Below, piece by piece: positions 36,321 to 44,225 of a DNA stretch of 44,225 nucleotides; position 1 is the first letter of the stretch; the number at the start of each line of letters is the position of its first letter. Source of the DNA: Tubiluchus corallicola. Lineage: Eukaryota; Animalia; Priapulida. The position numbers and the translations under genes are program-made. Where the stretch lies: positions 1-44,225 of the forward strand of contig JAQGDQ010000609.1 in the NCBI GenBank assembly GCA_030141605.1. Direction: 5' to 3'. The notes below the pieces were generated by a model. That model searched no databases, was not told where the DNA came from, and saw nothing but the letters and a program-made list of their open reading frames with translations.

Positions 36321-37385
36321 TAAAGCAGAATTCGACAATAGGATCATATTTACGCTAAAGATACCACCAGTTGGTCAATGGTTCAAAGCATACGCGGTTT
36401 CTTTACCCGACAGCCCGACTGGCGTCTGAGTCCACCCTCCTACTCACAGCTTCACGTTAAACGTATAGGTCTTTGGAACGGACATACATCGGGCAAGAAT
36501 CCTTTTCCATACAATAGCAGTATTTATATGACATCTGGAGAACGGGAATGGGCCATGGGTGGTGCTGGGTATGTATAGATAGCCCATTCAGCGGTGGGTG
36601 TCATAGGCATATTTAGAATTCGCGAGAGGGCCACGGCGTCCCGCAACGGGCGTTTTCCCGGACCCAAGTCGCGATTTTTTCGAAATTTTGACCAAACAGC
36701 CTGCGGAAAAAACGTTCTAGCGGCGCCTGGTGGGACTCTCGGAAGGAGATATTTGGTTCTTTAGAAAGAGGAAGAACAGGGCTACACGATTGTGTGAGCT
36801 ATATTTTAGGATACGTCCACCGTTTAGTTAATTAGATGTTCTATTTTTGGCAATTTTCGCTTAGAAAACTGCTGACGCAAAGCCATTGTTGTGACGTCAT
36901 CCATTATGCTCTATAACCTTATAGCTTTAATTCAGTAAAAGCTGCAGCTACTGGCTTTGCGTTAGGTAAGTAAACAAACACTAGGTAGAATGTTCGCGCA
37001 TTGTTGATTATAAGTGTATTTATAAGCAAAATTTTTTGCGGGGCCTTTGCTAGTTAAAATATTAAAACAAATCGTGCTTCTTTTAATTGTCGATACTTAC
37101 CATAAATAAATCAGGATCGATGTTATAACGACTATGGCTATTCCCATAGCAGCAATGCCCAGCTTGTAGGCTGAAAAAGTAAATAATTTAGCTCTTATTA
37201 TAAAATTGAAATATAGTAATGTGCATTCAAAGTGCCTCAAAACAAAGAATGAGTCCGTTATCATTTACACTGCAAAAGCGCATAAACTGTAGCAAGACTA
37301 TAAGTATTAAAATTAGGAAGATCAAACTTGGATTATGAGTAATTAATATTTTTTAATTAATCATGAATTATCTAAATCTCCTGCT

Positions 37386-37706
37386 TGCCTACCTTCCTAC
37401 CTACTTACCTATGTACCTACCTATGTACCAACCTATTTATCTACCTACGTACGTACGAACCTACCTACCTACTTCCTATCTACCTACCTATGTACCTAAC
37501 TATTTATCTACCTATATATCTACCTACGTACCTACTTACCTATCTACCTACCTATGTACTTACCTATTTATCTACCTACGTACCTACTTACCTATCTACC
37601 TACCTATGTACTTACCTATTTATCTACCTACGTACCTACTTACCTACCTACCTACCTACCTACGTACCTACCTATTTATCTACCTACGTACGTACTTGCC
37701 TGCCTA
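37386..37706. repeat. Degenerate (CCTA/TACC)n tetranucleotide microsatellite
   Basis: Direct inspection. Confidence 0.9.
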
Positions 37707-37939
37707 CATGCTTAACAATCCACTTGCTTAAAACTATTTAGATACATTCATACAAGGCAAGCAGGTATAAAAACATTGTTCTGTTAACTTCGTTTCCGTC
37801 ACACTTCAAGCTATTCTATACTATACTACTCACTTCTATTGTGATCTATTTGTGCCATTGCGTTTATTCTACAGTATTTTGTTTTCGTCTTTAGTCAGTC
37901 AGTCAGAAAATTCTCAGCTTCATTTTCCTAGTAAGTAAG

Positions 37940-39182
37940 TGTGACGCTCAGGCTTATTTTAGGCCAGGTTATGTAACTAGTTCCTACTGTTATAATTCCA
38001 CCATTTATAAAAGAACTTTAGTTAAGATGTTTAACGGTATAATGACAGAAGCCAACCTGTTCTGAAATCAGATTTCACCTGTACATTCAGTGATACTGTT
38101 TATGCATTACTACTATATCATGTGATTGAAGCCACGTAGACGAAATTTTGGCTGTTCAGTTCGCCCTGGTATTCCGCTTTAAGTTGTCGAGTTAAGCGGA
38201 CGTTCTCATGTCATGAAATGATGGTTTAGTAGTAACGGTGCTTGCTTGTAGAAAAGCGATCTGTCTACCTGGTTACGACAGAGACGATAGTTGCATTCTA
38301 GCGATGATACTTACCTATTGCTGATTATATTTTCCTGATGCTGATGATACATCACTTACCAGTTTTCGATGATATCTGCTGCTGATGATACTTACCAGTA
38401 TTTACCTGACTTTGATGATACTGTCGTTGGTGCTTCCATGCTGTGATTGCGGAATTGGTGGTCCTTGCCTTGCGGCGAGTGCGGGAGCTTGGATGCAACC
38501 CTGTTTTGGCGTCCTGTAAGTGGAGGCGTGTGCATAGGGAGTCGTCGGGGTTTGGAGACATCGTCGTCCACGTGGTCAGATCCATCAAGAGGTGGTGTGG
38601 TCGGCCGTTCTGTGGTGCACCATCCCTCGATCGGGCCCCTGGTGGTGAGATGGCGCGGAAGGTTAGCGGGAGAATGGTCGCTTGATGATGCCAAGACTGC
38701 ACTGGTGAAAAACATTACGTTGTTCTTTCTCTTCTTAGCCGGCTTAGTCTTTATTATTAACAGTTGTCTCGTAATGTGTTTTGAAATATTCATTAAATTG
38801 TTATATTATTTTATTAATTCAGTGGTTTCTTCTCAGTGTTTTCGACTAAGTGTTTTATTCTTTACCTAAGGGTTACACTTAAGTCACGAACCACATATTT
38901 ACAATAACGGAACTTAGACTACATCGTCACATTATGGTGTCAGAAGTGGGATCTTTGACTTTATTTGGTGTAACTCGGTAGGAATAAAATTCTTTGTCAG
39001 CATTTTGAGAATTTAATGATATTTACTTTCAGGTAATTAGTTACATAGCTAATTTTCTGGGGGAATCTTTGGGCAAAAGCATTTCGAAAGAACATAGCAT
39101 CTTCCGTTGAGTGAATTTATTGATTACTCAGTTGAATGTGTTTTGTCCATTATTTAAATAGGTTTCCTGCAGATTTTGTAAA
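37940..39182 (+). mobile_element. Gypsy (Gmr1-like) 5' LTR 37940-38931 + tRNA-Leu PBS 38935-38952 + leader; inverted relative to the adjacent element
   Basis: TGTGAC...GTCACA ends, then TGGTGTCAGAAGTGGGAT; reverse complement of 42992..44225. Confidence 0.9.
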
Positions 39183-42100
39183 GCAACTCACTGATCTGTT
39201 CGTCATTGAGATGAGAATCATATGCTACATCATTGAGAGACTGGGTGGGTGAGGCAGAAGGCGGGAATGCATATTCAGGAAGTTTCAATGAACACTCATT
39301 TTCCTCCTGCTCATCCATCTTCACATTACCACAACCACCTTCAGACAAAACACTGTCTAGTGACGTTGTACTAAATTCCTCACACTTTGCAAACAAAACC
39401 ATGTGCTCGTCGCGTTCAACAAATGGTTTCAACATGTTGATATGATATGTTCTTGTATGGCGCTTGCGTGCACATTTGCCTCCTAAATGTATTTTATATG
39501 TCCAATCAGACAATTTATCAACAACTGTAAAGGGGCCACGATAGCGCTTTTGCATTTTGCTTTTTCCTTCAGGCATTAAAACAAGAACTTTTTGCCCTAT
39601 TTCAAGCGAGCGTTCTGAAGTGGTTTTATCATACCAATTTTTCTGTGATATTTTAGCTTTTTGCAAAGCTTCATGGGCATCAGTAGTTGCCTCTTCTACA
39701 GTGTTAATTATGCGAGTCACGTAATCATCAATTTCCTCCCACTTAGGAGCTTCTACAGAGCCCCAACGTTCCTTTAGGGCAGCCAAAGGCCCACGCACGG
39801 GAAAACCGTAAACTAGCTGAAATGGAGCATACCCAGTGGATTCTTGGGGTACTTCCCGGAAAGCAAATAAAATGAACGGAATAGTTTCATCCCAGGGTAA
39901 ATGTTTCTCATTTTGCATGACTTTTAAAATGCAGGATTTTAATGAGCCATTAAATCTCTCAGTTAACCCATTCCCCTGTGGGCTATATGGGGAAGTGAAA
40001 ATTCCCTTTACACCCAAGGCCTGTTCTAAATCATGGATCAACTGCGAGGTGAATTGAGTACCTATGTCGGTTAAAATCTCACGCGGGATGCCATGTCGAC
40101 ATATGTATTGCAATAAAGCTTTAACAACAGTAGTGGTTTCAATATTTGGCAGCGGGTAGCAATCGGGGTACCTCGTAGCATGATCTATTATTACTAACGC
40201 GTACTTAGTCCCCGAGGGTGTTCTCTTCATAGGCCCAATAATATCCATGGCTATAGTTCGAAATGCAATCGAAGGTATGGACAATGGCTTTAATTTTGCT
40301 TTATCAGAACGTTTAATTCTCGCCGTTTTCTGACATGGGACACACGAGCGGCAATATTGTGTCACTGAACGTTTAACTCTAGGCCAAATACATTCTTGTA
40401 AAACACGTTGGGTAGTTTTACGTATGCCCAGGTGACCAGCCATGTGCGCATCATGTGCCAAAGATAAGACTGCCAAACGTCTATACTTGGGTACAACCAA
40501 AAGTTCGCGGGGTTCAGCATCGCGCTTTTCACGTGTCAGGTAATATAAAACCCCATCTTTAATGAAGTAACCCTTTCTTTGGGCACGAGCTACTGTTTCT
40601 GTGACTGCGTGATCACGTAAATTGCGCAAACTAACATCATCGCGCTGTTCTTGCTGCAATTGTTCTTTACTAAGCTGTAACAGCTGCTGTTGCTGTGCTT
40701 TAGTAGCTATGCCAGATGCAATATTTTTTTCCGCTTTTTGATCAGCGTTTAAACTACTTAGTAATTGTTTCTCGCTGTTAGCTTCTGCTTGTAGCTGCTT
40801 TGCTTTTGACCGGGTTACTGCAAAAGCTTTTTTTGAATTACCAGTTCGTTTCGCGACATTGATATTTCCGCTCACAAGTTCATCAAAATAATGTGACGTA
40901 TCTGAATTTTCAGGTGTGATACATTCTAAATCAACTGACTTAGGTGGTGTACTAAAACTCTGTTTAATGCTAAATGGTGTCACAGCAGTTCGGTAATCAT
41001 TACCTAGCAAAAAGGGCACAGGAAGACTATCAGACACTGCCACTCTCAATCTACCATTGACTAGCGTACATTCCACCTCAACAACAGCCGCACGTGTATT
41101 TTTAACATCGCCATGCACACACCAAATTTTGGTACAATTTTCACTTTGTAGAAACTGTTCTGGACGGACATAACGTGGTTGGATCAAACTCACGCTAGCA
41201 CCAGAATCTCTTATACCATCGATCCAGATACCATTGACTTTAGCTTTAAAGCTAAACTCATCAGACTCAGGCACACACTCAGGCATAGCCGCAGGTGAAC
41301 TGGTAGAGTGACTGGATCGGTGACCAGTATTTCCTGTCTTGGCCAAGAATTGACGACTAGGATTTCTACTCTTGCCACTAGTTTCACCATAATTAGGGCG
41401 TTTCGGGCACTGGGTCCTTTTGTGTCCAAGTTCTCCACAAGTATAACAGCGTATCTTCTTCATGACGTCATTATTCATCTTTTTTCCAGAACCATTTGAA
41501 AAAACTGCCGGCCTAAAATTTCCACGCTGTTGTTGCATTGGTTTAAGTTTTGAAGCTGTACCTAATGCATTAGAAGCAATGTACAAATCGGCTTTCTCTG
41601 CCACCTTTTCCATTGTCTTCTGCCCTTGCTGCCTGACCCAAATGCTCATTTCACGGGGCATCAATGTAAGGGCCTGCTCAATACATAGCAGTTCACAAAT
41701 GTTCTCAAAGGTGGACGCTTCTTCGGCTTTCAGCCATTCTTGCAGGGCACGATCAAGCCGTACAAAAAGCTGACGGAATGTTTCATCCGGTCTCCGAGTA
41801 ATCTTGCGGAAACGCTCAAGATACATGTCATTGGAGAGGACATAGGCAGCTAACAAAGTCTTCCTTAAAACATTGTAATCTTGCATGCTGTCAAGTGGTA
41901 CTTGTTGAAAAGCCTGGGCTGCTTTTCCGGATAAAGCTGGGCCCAGCGATGCAGCAAAGTGTTTCTCTTCAAGGCCATTAGCTTTGGCTACTGCTTCAAA
42001 CCACTGTAAGAAAGTATGCAGATCATCGGTTCCCACTGTAAAAACACGTGATAACTTTACACGGGTTATTCGAGATGCGGTTGTAGTAAGTATGCCATCA

Positions 42101-42684
42101 GGTGATTGAGGAGGAACCTGTGTCACGTGACTTGGAGATGAGGCATCCAGCTCACGAAGCTTCAACTCAAACTGATACTGCTCTTTCTGCATTCGTTCTC
42201 TGCGTTCCTCACGCTCACGTTCCCATTCTCTCTCTTCACGTTGCATACGTTCACGCCTTTCTTCACGTTTCTGTTCCCGTTCCCATTCACGCTCTTTCTC
42301 GCGCTCTACTAACTTTAACTTTTCAATATTGTAAAGAGGTACTGAACGTTCTGTCATCTCATCATCCGCAGGTTTACCATTAATAGCAGAATGCAAGGTA
42401 AGGTCGGCAGGAGGGGGAGTTGCTAACAGTTGATCAGACACACGTCTGCGCCCACTCATCTGCGCAACAGACACACTCGGTGTGCTTGACACACCTCCAA
42501 CTTCTTTCGGTCTAACACTAGGTTCACCTGTCGTCACAGGGTTACCTTGTGCATTCATGATTATATCAATTATTCCGGCCTTATTTGCACCCTGTGGTAA
42601 AGTTAGCTTACGTTCAACAGTTATCTGCTTTAAGACAGGTACAGTAAGTTGCTGCAATTCACTCTCCACGTAAACGCGTGACAT
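39154..42684 (-). CDS. Gmr1-like Gypsy polyprotein: Gag (coiled coil, SCAN-like capsid, CCHC knuckle), aspartic protease, integrase; truncated before RT/RNase H
   Basis: CYTCGELGHKRTQC; IRDSGAS; AHDAHMAGH..CRSCVPC; AMDIIG / LTDIG / NGLTERFNG (DDE); RYRGPF. Integrase follows protease directly; no YxDD motif. Confidence 0.9.
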   Translation of the reverse strand: MSRVYVESELQQLTVPVLKQITVERKLTLPQGANKAGIIDIIMNAQGNPVTTGEPSVRPKEVGGVSSTPSVSVAQMSGRRRVSDQLLATPPPADLTLHSAINGKPADDEMTERSVPLYNIEKLKLVEREKEREWEREQKREERRERMQREEREWEREREERRERMQKEQYQFELKLRELDASSPSHVTQVPPQSPDGILTTTASRITRVKLSRVFTVGTDDLHTFLQWFEAVAKANGLEEKHFAASLGPALSGKAAQAFQQVPLDSMQDYNVLRKTLLAAYVLSNDMYLERFRKITRRPDETFRQLFVRLDRALQEWLKAEEASTFENICELLCIEQALTLMPREMSIWVRQQGQKTMEKVAEKADLYIASNALGTASKLKPMQQQRGNFRPAVFSNGSGKKMNNDVMKKIRCYTCGELGHKRTQCPKRPNYGETSGKSRNPSRQFLAKTGNTGHRSSHSTSSPAAMPECVPESDEFSFKAKVNGIWIDGIRDSGASVSLIQPRYVRPEQFLQSENCTKIWCVHGDVKNTRAAVVEVECTLVNGRLRVAVSDSLPVPFLLGNDYRTAVTPFSIKQSFSTPPKSVDLECITPENSDTSHYFDELVSGNINVAKRTGNSKKAFAVTRSKAKQLQAEANSEKQLLSSLNADQKAEKNIASGIATKAQQQQLLQLSKEQLQQEQRDDVSLRNLRDHAVTETVARAQRKGYFIKDGVLYYLTREKRDAEPRELLVVPKYRRLAVLSLAHDAHMAGHLGIRKTTQRVLQECIWPRVKRSVTQYCRSCVPCQKTARIKRSDKAKLKPLSIPSIAFRTIAMDIIGPMKRTPSGTKYALVIIDHATRYPDCYPLPNIETTTVVKALLQYICRHGIPREILTDIGTQFTSQLIHDLEQALGVKGIFTSPYSPQGNGLTERFNGSLKSCILKVMQNEKHLPWDETIPFILFAFREVPQESTGYAPFQLVYGFPVRGPLAALKERWGSVEAPKWEEIDDYVTRIINTVEEATTDAHEALQKAKISQKNWYDKTTSERSLEIGQKVLVLMPEGKSKMQKRYRGPFTVVDKLSDWTYKIHLGGKCARKRHTRTYHINMLKPFVERDEHMVLFAKCEEFSTTSLDSVLSEGGCGNVKMDEQEENECSLKLPEYAFPPSASPTQSLNDVAYDSHLNDEQISELLYKICRKPI

Positions 42685-42991
42685 TCTAATCACAGGATAA
42701 TATAGGACAAATAGTAGTTACAGTGAAAAAACTTTATGCTTGCAGAATATTTATAGATCTATCACTCAACTGACACACACTGGCTCAACGCATACAAACA
42801 GACAAAAATACTGTATAGTAGGGTAATGTACGTGCAAATCAAACAAAGTAGCAAACTAGAATATACAAAATCTAGGCCAAGACTTTTGACTAGCCTGCAA
42901 CGAAATAACGGTTTCACTAGCACTTGAAACGTTTACAGTGCAATCAAGGTCAAATCGGCATTCAAGTCGGCATACACCTGGAATTATAGCG

Positions 42992-44225
42992 TTTATAAAA
43001 TCTACAGGAAACCTATTTAAGTAATGGACAAAAACACATTCAACTGAATAATCAAAAATTCACTCAACGGAAGATGCTATGTTCTTTCGATATGCTTTTG
43101 CCCAAAGATTCCCCCAGAAAATTAGCTATGTAACTAATTACCTGAAAGTAAATATCATTAAATTCTCAAAATGCTGACAAAGAATTTTATTCCTACCGAA
43201 TTACACCAAATAAAGTCAAATATCCCACTTCTGACACCATAATGTGACGATGTAGTCTAAGTTCCGTTATTGTAAATATGTGGTTCGTGACTTAAGTGTA
43301 ACCCTTAGGTAAAGAATAAAACACTTAGTCGAAAACACTGTGAAGAAACCACTGAATTAATAAAATAATATAACAATTTAATGAATGTTTCAAAACACAT
43401 TACGAGACAACTGTTAATAATAAAGACTAAGCCGGCTAAGAAGAGAAAGAACAACGTAACGTTTTCACCAGTCCTGTCTTGGCATCATCAAGCGACTATT
43501 CTCCTGCTCCTATTCCGCGTCATCTCCTCACCAGGGGCTTGATCGAGGAATGGTGCACCATAGAACGGTTGACTACACTACCTCTTCATGGATCTGATTA
43601 CGTGAACGACGTCTCCAAACTTTGACGATTCCTGATGTACACGCCTCCACTAATACGACGCCAAAATGGGGTAGCATCCAAGCTCCTGCACTCGTCGCAA
43701 GGTAAGGATTACCAATTTTGTAATCACAGCATCCCGCACCAACGACAGTATCATCAACGTCAGGTAAATACGAGTAAGTATCATCAGCAGCAGATATTAT
43801 CGACAACTGGTAAGTGATGTATCATCAGCGTCAGGAAAATATAATCAGCAATAGGTAAGTATCATCGCTAGAATGCAACTATCGTCTCTGTCGTAACCAG
43901 GTAGACAGATCGCTTTTCTACAAGCAAGCACTATTACTACTAAACCATCATTTTATGACATGTGAACGTCCGCTTAACTCGACAACTTCAAGCGGAATCC
44001 CGGGGCGAACTGAACAGCCAAAATTTCGTTTACGTGGCTTCAATCACATGGTATAGAAGTAATGCATAAACAGTATCATTGAATGTACAGGTGAAATTTG
44101 ATTTCAGAACAGGTTGGCTTCTGTCATTATATCGTTAAACATCTTAACTAAACTTCTTTTATAAATGGTGGAATTATAACAGTAGGAACTAGTTACATAA
44201 CCTGGCCTAAAATAAGCCTGAGCGT
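42992..44225 (-). mobile_element. 5' LTR (43243 to just past the window end), tRNA-Leu PBS (43222-43239) and leader of the Gmr1-like element
   Basis: ATCCCACTTCTGACACCA-TAA-TGTGAC on the + strand; homologous to 37944..39182 in inverted orientation. Confidence 0.9.

Noticed and set aside
38352-38869. ORFs within the Gypsy LTR (also 43573-43817) as accessory genes
   Set aside because: Reading frames are not preserved between the two LTR copies and show no recognisable domains.

Overview
AT-rich animal (probably invertebrate) genomic DNA, not prokaryotic. Host genes: the last exon of RUNDC1 (+), a complete six-exon DPH7/WDR85 (-) carrying an in-frame 39-bp coding repeat, an intronless MRPS23 ORF (-) ending only 237 bp upstream of the DPH7 ATG, and the first three exons of GET4 (+). 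The rest is mostly mobile DNA: pogo/Tc1-, hAT-, piggyBac- and Ginger-like MITEs, a tRNA-derived SINE, several LINE fragments, minisatellites and a near-complete BEL/Pao LTR retrotransposon. The window ends in a Gmr1-type Gypsy gag-protease-integrase ORF lacking RT, enclosed by two inward-facing LTR+PBS arms. The most notable observations are (1) that inverted-LTR, integrase-only unit, which looks like a DNA transposon; (2) a BEL element whose PBS position is complementary to its own LTR, suggesting Tf1-like self-priming; (3) a twister ribozyme core at the exact 5' end of a short bipartite RTE insertion; and (4) the tight MRPS23-DPH7 tandem. All calls come from reading by eye; no searches were run, and family assignments rest on recalled motifs.
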